Assembly (NCBI GenBank): GCA_038999725.1
Contig: JAWBWS010000003.1
Span: 29,464-93,463, forward strand
DNA: 64,000 nucleotides
Source of the DNA: Candidatus Aenigmatarchaeota archaeon
Lineage (GTDB): Archaea > Aenigmatarchaeota > Aenigmatarchaeia > CG10238-14 > SCSR01
Direction: 5' to 3'
This document shows positions 1 to 9,125 of this stretch, in pieces. The notes under the pieces were generated by a model. The model was given only the letters and a program-made list of their open reading frames with translations, did not search any database and had not been told where the DNA came from. Within the stretch, counting starts at the first letter, position 1, and each line of letters opens with the position of its first letter. The position numbers and the translations under genes are program-made.

Positions 1-1
1 C

Positions 2-499
2 TTGAAAGAAAAAAATATATTAGGGAAGATGAAAAAAGTAAGAGAAATTATGAACACAAAGGTAATTTGCTTTGATTCTGAGCAAACTATATTTGAAGTT
101 GCTAAAGTACTTTCCGAGAAAAATATTTCTGGCGCCCCTGTGCTTGAAAATGATAAAATTGTGGGAATAGTAAGCACTTCAGATATAGTAAAATTCTTGA
201 AAACAGAATTGAAAATAGGGCCTGCATACGAGTTGCCGTTTCTGGGTTTGCTCTTTCTAGATTTGGTGAAAACTGGCAAGGATTACATCAAGCTGAAGAA
301 AGAAATAAAGAAAATCTCTAATATAAAAGTGAAAAATATCATGTCCAAAAAAGTTATTTCTATAGACCCTGAAGCAAGTGTTTTTGACGCAGCTAACTTG
401 ATGGAAAAGCATGATGTGAATAGATTACCAGTAGTGGAAAATGGAAAGTTGGTAGGAATTGTTGCAAGAGCTGATGTCATAAAAGCTATAATTGGTTAA
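2..499 (+). CDS. CBS-domain pair protein (possibly 5'-truncated by window edge)
   Basis: Two CBS-like segments with the hydrophobic-G-hydrophobic-hydrophobic signature (KIVGIVSTSDIV and KLVGIVARADVI), 165 aa ORF. Confidence 0.6.
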   Translation: MKEKNILGKMKKVREIMNTKVICFDSEQTIFEVAKVLSEKNISGAPVLENDKIVGIVSTSDIVKFLKTELKIGPAYELPFLGLLFLDLVKTGKDYIKLKKEIKKISNIKVKNIMSKKVISIDPEASVFDAANLMEKHDVNRLPVVENGKLVGIVARADVIKAIIG

Positions 500-1008
500 A
501 TTACACCCCAATACCGGTGTATATCTCTCGTAATTTCTACAAATTTTTCTGTTGGAACAATATACAATCCCACTTTTAAATAGAATTTTCCACCAGTTTG
601 TATGGCAGTTGCAATTTTTCTGCAATCCACTAATTTATAATTATACAGCTTCTCAACCTCTTCTATAAGGTCGGATTCTTCATAAACTTTTAATAGAGAC
701 TTTGACAATGTTTCTTCGTCTTTTGTAACTTTTTTCATAAAAGAGTTGGTTTTAAAATCTGGTGAGGAGAAAAGACAAGCAACCCATTCACTATTTTTGG
801 CTGCTCCATGTAGAAGTGTTGCCAAAACAATTTCTGACTCGATACTAAGTTTTTCATCAAAGATCTCAAGGTTGGTGTATAAACCCACAACATCGTTTAG
901 AGAAAGATTTTCATCCGCCCAAAACTCTTGGGAAAAACCTAAAATTTCTTCAATTGGATATTTTTTACTAAGTTGTTTTGTGTCTTGGGTAGCAAAATAT
1001 TCTACCAT
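496..1008 (-). CDS. hypothetical protein
   Basis: 170-aa ORF, no recognisable motif; sits beside the tRNA-Ser. Confidence 0.35.
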   Translation of the reverse strand: MVEYFATQDTKQLSKKYPIEEILGFSQEFWADENLSLNDVVGLYTNLEIFDEKLSIESEIVLATLLHGAAKNSEWVACLFSSPDFKTNSFMKKVTKDEETLSKSLLKVYEESDLIEEVEKLYNYKLVDCRKIATAIQTGGKFYLKVGLYIVPTEKFVEITRDIHRYWGVI

Positions 1009-1121
1009 TTAATTTGATATTTCTTCTTTAAACATTAAATGTTTTTTCCAGATAGATTCTTCAAAATATTTAGAGTTTTCTATGAGTATAGAAGAGAAAA
1101 AGATTTATAAAGATTTGATTG

Positions 1122-1205
1122 CGCCCAGGGTGGGATTTGAACCCACACGGTCTTTCGACCACCAGCTCTCCAGGCTGGCGCCATACCAGATTAGGCGACC
1201 TGGGC
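1122..1205 (-). tRNA. tRNA-Ser (anticodon GGA) with long variable arm
   Basis: The reverse complement folds as a cloverleaf: acceptor GCCCAGG/CCTGGGC, anticodon stem CCAGC/GCTGG with loop CTGGAGA, a long variable arm GGTCGAAAGACC, T-arm GTGGG-TTCAAAT-CCCAC, discriminator G. Confidence 0.85.
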
Positions 1206-1265
1206 AAATACATGAACCTTAAATAAATTTATTTAGACAGATGATTTAAAATTACCAAGCTTCTC

Positions 1266-1406
1266 TCATTCATCAACCAAAGCTTTAGGAGATTTTACAA
1301 AAATATGTTTACAATCTTTACATTCATAAGCTTGTGGATAACTAGCTTCAATCACCTCTACTCTGTTAGAGCCACACTTAGGGCATTTTTCAAGGCTAAT
1401 CTTCAT
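1266..1406 (-). CDS. small zinc-ribbon protein (46 aa)
   Basis: Unlisted ORF MKISLEKCPKCGSNRVEVIEASYPQAYECKDCKHIFVKSPKALVDE with CPxCG...CxDC; its start overlaps the stop of the upstream gene. Confidence 0.25.
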   Translation of the reverse strand: MKISLEKCPKCGSNRVEVIEASYPQAYECKDCKHIFVKSPKALVDE

Positions 1407-1890
1407 CTCTACACACCTCACAGAGATAGCTTCCATTAACCTTTTTCAAATAGTCAGACTGATTTTCACAATTTTCGCAAATATTCATGTCGAAATCTTC
1501 TTTTTCTTCAGAAATTATGGTTGGATTAAAATTTTTTGTAATTGTTATTTCAGAATTATGACCAACTTTAAGGAAATCGAAATTGAAGAGTTTGATGAAA
1601 TTTTCTGCCAATTTTTCATCTTTCGAGTACAAGAAATTAAAAACTTCTTTAATGTAGCAGTAAGGACAAATTGGTACTTCAACCATCATCCCACACCTCA
1701 TACATTTTTCTTTTTCGAAAGAAGATTCAAACAAATTTTTCAAATTTTCTGAAAATTTCTTGAAGTCGTCTGAAATTTCAAGACAAGAAAGCCATTTTTC
1801 AACAGAAGCTTCTAAGCAATTCACACAAATGAAATTGAAAATTGGTTCCAGACAAAATTTACATACTACTGTTTCTCTCACTTTGAACAC
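1396..1890 (-). CDS. cysteine-rich protein with three CxxC zinc-ribbon pairs
   Basis: CKFC..CVNC; CMRCG..CPYC; CENCEN..CEVC; 164 aa. Confidence 0.5.
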   Translation of the reverse strand: MFKVRETVVCKFCLEPIFNFICVNCLEASVEKWLSCLEISDDFKKFSENLKNLFESSFEKEKCMRCGMMVEVPICPYCYIKEVFNFLYSKDEKLAENFIKLFNFDFLKVGHNSEITITKNFNPTIISEEKEDFDMNICENCENQSDYLKKVNGSYLCEVCRDED

Positions 1891-1959
1891 CTTTTTATTG
1901 AAAAAGATAATTTGGATGATTATAAAAATCTTATGTAAATTTATTCGAGTCGAATTGTA

Positions 1960-2529
1960 TTGTTTTTAAAAATTTTCCTAGAAAAGAAAAATTTAAATAC
2001 AGGCAAATCGATTTATTTATCAGTGCTGAAGAAGAGAGAAAGAGAAGTTTTCATTCAACTTCTGGAAAACGCGAGGGTACCAGACAAACATATAGCCAAG
2101 CTACTTAACATAACCCAACCAACCGTCACAAGAATAAGACAAAGATTGGAGAAAATGGGATACATCAAGAAATACAAGCCCGTGGTTGATTTTCAGAAGT
2201 TGGGTATGAGTCTTGTAGCATTAACACTTTTCAGGATAGCCGATTTTTCAAAGATAGATGTAAAGGGCAAGATGCTTCCAGATTTAAGTAAAATGCCGCA
2301 AGTTTTTTTACTTGCCCAAGGTGAGGGCATGGGTAAAACTTCTGTGGTAGGCACAATCCACAAAAGTTTTTCTGATTTTGAGGAATGGATGGCAAGCTTG
2401 AGAAAAAAACATGGAAAATATATGGAAGATGTTGAACACTTCATTTTTTCAATCAACAAAATCCAGAAAGAATTTTCCTTGGAAGACGCTGTGATAGATA
2501 TTCTAAGGAGGGGTCAACTTGGAAAGTAG
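1960..2529 (+). CDS. Lrp/AsnC-family transcriptional regulator (HTH + RAM-like domain)
   Basis: HTH segment HIAKLLNITQPTVTRIRQRLEKMGYIKKYKPVVDFQKLG is typical of Lrp/AsnC; a C-terminal beta-alpha-beta-beta-alpha-beta-like region follows. Confidence 0.6.
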   Translation: MFLKIFLEKKNLNTGKSIYLSVLKKREREVFIQLLENARVPDKHIAKLLNITQPTVTRIRQRLEKMGYIKKYKPVVDFQKLGMSLVALTLFRIADFSKIDVKGKMLPDLSKMPQVFLLAQGEGMGKTSVVGTIHKSFSDFEEWMASLRKKHGKYMEDVEHFIFSINKIQKEFSLEDAVIDILRRGQLGK

Positions 2530-2929
2530 AAAAATTGCCGAAGAAAGCAAGGTGATGGAAGCAATAAAGGAGATACTGAGGAGGAGGCTTAAAGTCGAGT
2601 CACAAGAAGAGCTTGCCACTCTTGTTTTGAGAAAGTTGAAAAAAGAAGATAAGAGCTACACCTTGTCACCAATAAGGGTGAAGAGAATTGCTTTAAAAAT
2701 TCCAGAAATTGAAGTTAAGGCTAAGACGAAGAAAACTTTGAAATTGCCAAAAATAGAAAAATGCCCAATTTGTGAGAGTAAAATAAAGCCTATCAAGATA
2801 AAAAATTTAGCCAATCAAGAAATCACAATCGGCTACAAATGTAGTAGCTGTGGCTATCAGAGCGACTTAGAAGCTTTCATGCCAATGAAGTATGCCTTCC
2901 TTCTTAAATCAGCTAAACTAAAAGCTTAA
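2519..2929 (+). CDS. zinc-ribbon hypothetical protein
   Basis: CPICES...CSSCG near the C-terminus; overlaps the Lrp gene by 11 nt, so an operon is likely. Confidence 0.45.
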   Translation: MESRKIAEESKVMEAIKEILRRRLKVESQEELATLVLRKLKKEDKSYTLSPIRVKRIALKIPEIEVKAKTKKTLKLPKIEKCPICESKIKPIKIKNLANQEITIGYKCSSCGYQSDLEAFMPMKYAFLLKSAKLKA

Positions 2930-2954
2930 ATATAAGTAAGAATATCTTACTAAT

Positions 2955-3233
2955 ATGAAAAGAGAAGAAATATTAGAAATAACAAAAATAAGTTCAAAAG
3001 GTCAAATTGTTTTACCTAAGAATATAAGAAAAGAATTAAATATCAAAAAAGGTAGTTTGTTTGCCCTTACAAAAAAAGGTAAATTAATAATATTAAAGAA
3101 AATCGAAAAACCAATTTTGAAAGAAGACCTGATTGCTCTTAAGAATGTAGAAAAAGCTTGGAGAGAAATAGAAAGTGGAAAATTTAGAAAAGCTAGTAGA
3201 GAAGATTTCTTGAAAGAGTTGACCAAATGGTAA
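2955..3233 (+). CDS. AbrB/SpoVT (swapped-hairpin) family antitoxin
   Basis: SSKGQIVLPKNIRKELNIKKGSLF is the AbrB/MazE-type DNA-binding motif; 92 aa; overlaps the downstream toxin gene by 7 nt. Confidence 0.7.
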   Translation: MKREEILEITKISSKGQIVLPKNIRKELNIKKGSLFALTKKGKLIILKKIEKPILKEDLIALKNVEKAWREIESGKFRKASREDFLKELTKW

Positions 3234-3484
3234 TAAAAGAGGTAATTTGGACTCAAAAATTTGAGGATGAGTTCAAGAAAGTTAAAGATACTGCTATTAA
3301 AGAAAGGATTAAAAAACAAATTGAAAAAATTATTAAAAATCCTGATGTTGGCAAACCTTTGAGGTTCGAGTTAAAGGGGGAGAGAGCAGTTTACATTAAG
3401 TCCTACAGACTTATTTATTCTGCCATCGGAGATAAGTTATACCTTCTAAGATTTGAGCATAGAAAAAAAGTCTATAGAATTTGA
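3227..3484 (+). CDS. RelE/ParE-family type II toxin
   Basis: 85 aa, basic, with C-terminal YRLIYSAIGDKLYLLRFEHRKKVY typical of RelE/ParE; follows the antitoxin in the same orientation. Confidence 0.65.
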   Translation: MVIKEVIWTQKFEDEFKKVKDTAIKERIKKQIEKIIKNPDVGKPLRFELKGERAVYIKSYRLIYSAIGDKLYLLRFEHRKKVYRI

Positions 3485-3572
3485 ATAGGTTTGTCTATCG
3501 CTTATGTCGATGAAGTATATTTTCATTTTAAAGCAAAGATATAAATAGTTCGCGGAAACATAGTAGTAGCTG

Positions 3573-4175
3573 ATGAGTTACACTTTAGAGATAATTCATG
3601 ACCAAATAGAAAAGATATTATATCCAGAAAAATTTACGCACCACAAAAATCCTCCTCCTAAATTGATGCCCTCTCAGTTGAAAGTTTTGAGAGAATTTTA
3701 TAATCAGTGTAATGCTGATGGTCTTAGCCCAAAAACTACTTTGAATTATTTGAGACATCTTAGAACATTAGGTTTATGTGTAAAAAAGCCTTTTGAGAAG
3801 ATGACAAAAGATAATTTGGTTTATTTTCTGAATGAAAGACAGAGACCAGATTTTCTAAGGAAGTTGGGAGTAAGATTTCCTTTACTAAAAGAAAAGCAAG
3901 TTTCAGCTAGAACTATGAATGAAATTAAAGTTGTGTTGAAAAAGTTTTACAAGTGGTACTACAAGACAGATGGTTGGGGAGTTTATCCTGAAGTAGTTAG
4001 TTGGATTAAAACCCCTAGAAAATTGAATATTAGTCGAAAATTACCAGAAGAGTTGCTAACAAAAGAGGATATCAAAGCAATGGCTGATAAAGCTAGCAAT
4101 CCAAGAGATAGAGCATTAATAATGGTTTTGTATGAGTCAGATGTAGAGTTGGAGAGGTTGTTTCTCTTAAAATGA
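3573..4175 (+). pseudogene. tyrosine recombinase/integrase, 3'-truncated (N-terminal core-binding domain plus the first helix of the catalytic domain only)
   Basis: SAM-like N-domain (LKVLREFYNQCNADGLSPKTTLNYLRHLRTL). The ORF ends right after NPRDRALIMVLYESDVELERLFLLK, the first conserved Arg region of the catalytic domain. The R...HxxR...Y remainder is absent and the next gene starts 25 nt later. Confidence 0.6.
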
Positions 4176-4199
4176 AACATGAAATTTATTATGAAATTT

Positions 4200-7100
4200 T
4201 TACTTGGTCCATAACTTCTTATACCAAAGAATAAACATTATAACCCCTACAACTGAAACAAATATCACAGCAACTCCTGTTGGTGAAACTATAAATGTAA
4301 CAAGTCCTCTTAATATCCTCGTGCCAGTTGGTATCCATGGTGTTGGTGTTGTGGCAGGTGCTGGACAATCTGCTGGGCAGTTGATGTAATCTTCTCCAGA
4401 TTCACATACACCATTACCGCAAACTACTTTCTTTTCTGGTGGTTTAACTTCACAAGTTTGTTTTTCTATTGGTTTGTTTTTTGTTGTTCCACATTTGTTT
4501 AAATCAGTACAAATTCTTATTTGCGTTCCATTAACACATTCAGACCATTCAGTACAACTCCAATTTTCCTTACATTCTTCTAGCACTATAGGCGGCGCTC
4601 TCCCTCTACCTCCATATTGTAGCGTTGGAGTTGGTACCGGTGCTCCAAACAAACCAAAAATACTAAAGTGAGAAGTGTTAGCCCAGACATAATTATTTGT
4701 CGTGTCCACACCCCCATATGGTGGGTTGTAGGGAATCCAAGTTTTGGCTGTGTTATTATAGTAGTAAATTCTTAACGATTCTTCTATAATTCCTGCTGCT
4801 GTAACTTCAGCATCTGTGTAATAAATTTTAATTAGTGCCCATGATAAACTGCTAGTGAGATTGGGATCTACCTTAATTTCTATGTACTTGTTCAAAGCAG
4901 TCACACCAATATTAGCAGTTCCAGGGTTCTGAGTATATGAGACAATATTTACAGAGGCATTCGATATATTTTGGTTTGTCATTATTTCTAAACTTGTATT
5001 GGTAGTTTGAATTGCATTTATGATAGTTGTAACATTTGCAATTGCTGAAACTGAATTATTTGTATAGTTTCCAGTTGCTCCAACAATCAATGAAAGAGGT
5101 AAGCTATAGTTTCCAGCATTTGAAACTATATCCAAATTGCCATCAAAACTACCTGGGGTTGTACCAGAGAATGTAATTGTTATATTCGTTGAAAATCTTG
5201 GTGGTACATTAAAGCTATTTGGTAAAATAGAGATGTAGGGTGCGATTGATCCTAAAACAGTTATCGTTCCTCTCGCATTTGTATTTCCATAACTTTTAAT
5301 TGAAAGAGTTTGATTTGAGAAGCTACCCACATTTAAAGATACAAGATAAGATGTAGTAGACAAATTAATTAGTGGTGTTGAAAATACTGAAAAGTTTGTG
5401 AGACTTGAAGTAGAGTATTGTTTGGTATCGGTCTCCACATAATCAAATGTCACATTAACTGTATAATTCCCAGGCGGATTTATACCTGTGTTCCATTTGA
5501 CTTGGAAGGGAAGAACAGATACCTCGTTTATTTGCAAATCGTTCAAAACGATAATTGGGCTATCTGAAATAAATAAAGTTAAATTACCCATTACTAGTCT
5601 GTCTTCGGTGTTGTTAATAACTCCGGTGATTATAACATCTTCGTAGGCAGAGTAATTGGCTTTGTTGGTGGAGAGTGAAATAGTTATGGGCGCTTTTACA
5701 ACCTCAACAGTCACCCAGTAAAATCTAGGTTCTTCTATTAAAAGTTGGTGTGGAGGTTCACCTATCCACCATTTGAATGATGTGTAGACATCTCCATAAT
5801 ACAAATTGGGGATTGTGTTTTGTGGTACAGAAATTGTTAAATTAATTAGTTGTTTGTCACTTATATTTGAGAAAGCAGTAGCTGGAGTTATTGTAAGCCA
5901 ATTCCACACAGTATACCTCCGTTGAGAGATTATTAAATTTATCTGATCTTCACCAGCAGGTATATCATAACCTAAGACAACTACTGTCCAATTACCTGTT
6001 TTACCTCTAACCCCTGTCTGTAACCAAACCTCTTTACCATAAATTGGGTAACCTAAATAGAAACAACTATCCTCATAAGAGCAATAGGCCGATCCGGTAG
6101 ATGCAGCCAATTTGTTTTCTGGATCGAATAAATAAAGTCCTAATCCAGTAGTTATATTTTTCCAGCTAAGTTTTAATATAAGGTAATCCGAAATAGAGCC
6201 ATTAACGAAAAATGTGTAATAATTGTACTTTTTATCTTTGATTTCATCAGTTATCAATTGACTATGTTGCTCGACTAGTCCATAAGGTGTTAAATCGACA
6301 TCCATACTGGTATTAGGAAGTAAGTTCCAAAGTGTTAATTGAATAGTTTTTACTTCTCCTGGTTGAAGTATATGATACTCAGAACGTGGTAAAATAGATG
6401 CTTTTGGAAGTACTACATTTAGTGTAAAAGAAGCATTTTCTTCTGTCAGAGATGGAGCGTAAATTCCTGCAGTCCACGTACCATTAATTGGGTTGAAGAC
6501 ATAGATGCTTGACCATAACCAATCGTACATAGGAGAAGACTTTAATATCTTACCATCTGGACTAAAAAGGTATAATTCTAAAATAGGAATTTCCCCACCT
6601 CTAGGAGGATTTAAATCAACCTCAAGATAGTCAGCACCTTCAGGAACATTAAAGGAATAGAATTTCATTTCATGAGAAGTGATATTATCAGAAATATTAG
6701 CTTTATTAAGGTATAAACTCAGTCTTTGACTAACTCCAACTAAAACGGGAATAATTATATCGTCATTTACAATAATTCTTCCCTGATATTCGCCTTTACT
6801 ATCATTCGGTATATCTATTCCCATTGTTGGCCAATTATTTTCACTAAACCAAGGCCAATCTACAAACCCACTTTTCTCTAATCTTCCGAAAAATTCTTGA
6901 GTACCATTTACATACCAACCATATACTTCTCCTCTCCATTCTCCTACTACCGGACTTCGAATTGTTATTTCTTCATGAGTAACACCAAGACCCCATGAAG
7001 AGCATGTAACCAACTTTCCATCGGGATCATATAAACACAAATCCAAATCATTACTTGGATCATCCCAATCGATACTGATAGTAAACCCAATAATAGAAGA

Positions 7101-8978
7101 GTCTACATCAAAGGTATAATTATAATATTCATGATTTCCAATCTCCCCATTGAACAAACTAATATCAATAACTGATGAAAATGTTTCCTCAACTAAGCTC
7201 GTAACTTCGATGTTTGATACGTTAAATGTTTGTGTTTTACTACTTCCTGCTTCTACTATACCTATATTCCATGCTGAGGGCATAATCCATTTATTGTTCT
7301 TAGCAGCTTGGTAAGCCTTGTAAGCATCTATTCTACCACCACCTTGAACTGTTGGTTTTTGTTTAAGATCTTTGGCGGTATTCATTAATATGGCTTTAAC
7401 TTGTTCTGGTGTCAAATTGGGGTATGATTGTAGAATTAGTGCAACTACACCAGCTACATGTGGAGTCGCCATACTAGTTCCACTTGCCGAAGTATAATAC
7501 TCGCTTATAGGCCAACCCATGTCAGTATTATTTGCTCTTGCAGAAATTATCCATACACCTGGTGCAACAATGTCTGGCTTAATTCTTTCATCTGTAGTTG
7601 GACCTTCACTGCTAAACCATGCTATGTTATCAAAATTATCAGTAGCACCAACTGTTATGGCTTTCTTGGCACAACCAGGAGCTAAAATTGCTCTAACATC
7701 ATAAGAATTGCCAGCTGCAACAATTACATTAACACCTCTATCTACAGCAGAATCAACAGCTAAAGACATAGGATCTGAGCCATCACAGATAGGAACCCTC
7801 CCACCTAAACTCATACTTATTATTTTAGCTCCAGAATCAACAGCCCATTCTATACCTGCTATTATATCAGACTCAAAGCCATGTCCATAATCATCAAGAA
7901 CTTTTCCGTTTAATAATTGAACCCCTTCAGGGGCAACTCCTTTAAAAATATCTGCTTGATTATCCCAATCAACATCTAAAGCAATTGTAATGTTATTTTC
8001 ATTTTCCTCAATATCTTCTAACATTTGGTATGCTTCACTATAATAATAATTAGATATGAAATGCTCTCCAACAGAGGCGACGGCCTGGTCATAAATTGTG
8101 TTGAAATCACCGTCCTCATCTAAGTAAACAAGATAATTTGTTTCGCTATTAGTCACAAGAACATAATAATTCTTTACTTCTAGCCAATCAACCCACCAAC
8201 CAAAATTTAAAAGTAAGTCGATTCTACCTACATGATAAATACCATCGTTATCACTAGGTAGATTAGCTAAATTTAAAGATGAACAATTTTCAACTGTGCA
8301 AATAGTTGATGTGTCAACAACTCTCTTGGATCCATTGCCACTACCTGCTATTATAGCAGCAACATGTGTACCATGACCAAAATAGTCATTAGGATCTAAT
8401 TTACCATCAAATAATGTAAAATCTTTTTCAGCTACAATTTTTCCTTCTAATCCAGGATGATTTTTATCAATTCCTGTATCTAGTACAGCTACTTTAACTT
8501 CAGTTACAGATCTAGTTTCATTCCAAACTAATGGTGCGTTAATTAGTGGTGCACTCTTGAAAAGTTGAGGTGTTATATTAAATGCCTGATATTTTTTCAG
8601 AAGTAGTTCGTTCAAATCAAAATTTTCTTCAGAAAGTGCATATACTTTTTTATCAAGATAAACCTTTTTTACATTAGTAGAGTTTGATAAATTTAAAAGT
8701 ATTTCAAGAGAAACATTAGCTGCAAATGCGTTAATTAAATGATATTTATACTTTGGTTGAACACCTACCATATCTACTTTAGCAGATGGTTGCAAAATAA
8801 CAATGACCGGAACCTTCGATGGAATTTCATTTTGAATAAAATCAATAATGGAAGGGTCTACTCTCTTTGATGAAACTAACTCTTGTATCAGATGTTGGGA
8901 AGATATAGCAAAAACATTGTCGATAAAAAATAGAAAACAGAAAAATACTATCACACTTAATAACAACCCATTCTTCAT
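4200..8978 (-). CDS. secreted S8 subtilisin-like serine protease with a very large sequon-rich C-terminal extension, Cys-rich modules and a C-terminal TM anchor
   Basis: Signal peptide MKNGLLLSVIVFFCFLFFIDNVFA; catalytic triad motifs VAVLDTGID, HGTHVAAIIAG and SGTSMATPHVAGVVALI; more than forty N-x-S/T sequons; Cys-rich CGNGVCESGEDYINCPADC; C-terminal hydrophobic helix plus a YKKLWTK tail. Confidence 0.85.
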   Translation of the reverse strand: MKNGLLLSVIVFFCFLFFIDNVFAISSQHLIQELVSSKRVDPSIIDFIQNEIPSKVPVIVILQPSAKVDMVGVQPKYKYHLINAFAANVSLEILLNLSNSTNVKKVYLDKKVYALSEENFDLNELLLKKYQAFNITPQLFKSAPLINAPLVWNETRSVTEVKVAVLDTGIDKNHPGLEGKIVAEKDFTLFDGKLDPNDYFGHGTHVAAIIAGSGNGSKRVVDTSTICTVENCSSLNLANLPSDNDGIYHVGRIDLLLNFGWWVDWLEVKNYYVLVTNSETNYLVYLDEDGDFNTIYDQAVASVGEHFISNYYYSEAYQMLEDIEENENNITIALDVDWDNQADIFKGVAPEGVQLLNGKVLDDYGHGFESDIIAGIEWAVDSGAKIISMSLGGRVPICDGSDPMSLAVDSAVDRGVNVIVAAGNSYDVRAILAPGCAKKAITVGATDNFDNIAWFSSEGPTTDERIKPDIVAPGVWIISARANNTDMGWPISEYYTSASGTSMATPHVAGVVALILQSYPNLTPEQVKAILMNTAKDLKQKPTVQGGGRIDAYKAYQAAKNNKWIMPSAWNIGIVEAGSSKTQTFNVSNIEVTSLVEETFSSVIDISLFNGEIGNHEYYNYTFDVDSSIIGFTISIDWDDPSNDLDLCLYDPDGKLVTCSSWGLGVTHEEITIRSPVVGEWRGEVYGWYVNGTQEFFGRLEKSGFVDWPWFSENNWPTMGIDIPNDSKGEYQGRIIVNDDIIIPVLVGVSQRLSLYLNKANISDNITSHEMKFYSFNVPEGADYLEVDLNPPRGGEIPILELYLFSPDGKILKSSPMYDWLWSSIYVFNPINGTWTAGIYAPSLTEENASFTLNVVLPKASILPRSEYHILQPGEVKTIQLTLWNLLPNTSMDVDLTPYGLVEQHSQLITDEIKDKKYNYYTFFVNGSISDYLILKLSWKNITTGLGLYLFDPENKLAASTGSAYCSYEDSCFYLGYPIYGKEVWLQTGVRGKTGNWTVVVLGYDIPAGEDQINLIISQRRYTVWNWLTITPATAFSNISDKQLINLTISVPQNTIPNLYYGDVYTSFKWWIGEPPHQLLIEEPRFYWVTVEVVKAPITISLSTNKANYSAYEDVIITGVINNTEDRLVMGNLTLFISDSPIIVLNDLQINEVSVLPFQVKWNTGINPPGNYTVNVTFDYVETDTKQYSTSSLTNFSVFSTPLINLSTTSYLVSLNVGSFSNQTLSIKSYGNTNARGTITVLGSIAPYISILPNSFNVPPRFSTNITITFSGTTPGSFDGNLDIVSNAGNYSLPLSLIVGATGNYTNNSVSAIANVTTIINAIQTTNTSLEIMTNQNISNASVNIVSYTQNPGTANIGVTALNKYIEIKVDPNLTSSLSWALIKIYYTDAEVTAAGIIEESLRIYYYNNTAKTWIPYNPPYGGVDTTNNYVWANTSHFSIFGLFGAPVPTPTLQYGGRGRAPPIVLEECKENWSCTEWSECVNGTQIRICTDLNKCGTTKNKPIEKQTCEVKPPEKKVVCGNGVCESGEDYINCPADCPAPATTPTPWIPTGTRILRGLVTFIVSPTGVAVIFVSVVGVIMFILWYKKLWTK

Positions 8979-9125
8979 TTCACCACTTGAACTACTTAAT
9001 TTTTATTTAAGAGATTTAGAGATTTAAATTTTACCAATTTAATACTGCTGACGGCTTCGCCTAGTGATGCTTTGGGATTAATAAGTGTAATTGATAAAGT
9101 ATTTCCGAAAGCTGGGATTTGTAGC

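Noticed and set aside
1122-4175. SSV-type integration with a split int(N)/int(C) gene
   Set aside because: The integrase fragment does not abut or overlap the tRNA gene. The break is deep in the catalytic domain rather than near the N-terminus. A simple 3' deletion or erosion fits better.
4204-7890. Several plus-strand ORFs of 60-75 aa (4204..4389, 4474..4671, 7458..7685, 7519..7704, 7708..7890) inside the protease gene
   Set aside because: They are antisense or alternate-frame readings within a long, well-supported minus-strand CDS and have no motifs. The most likely explanation is spurious ORFs from AT-rich sequence.
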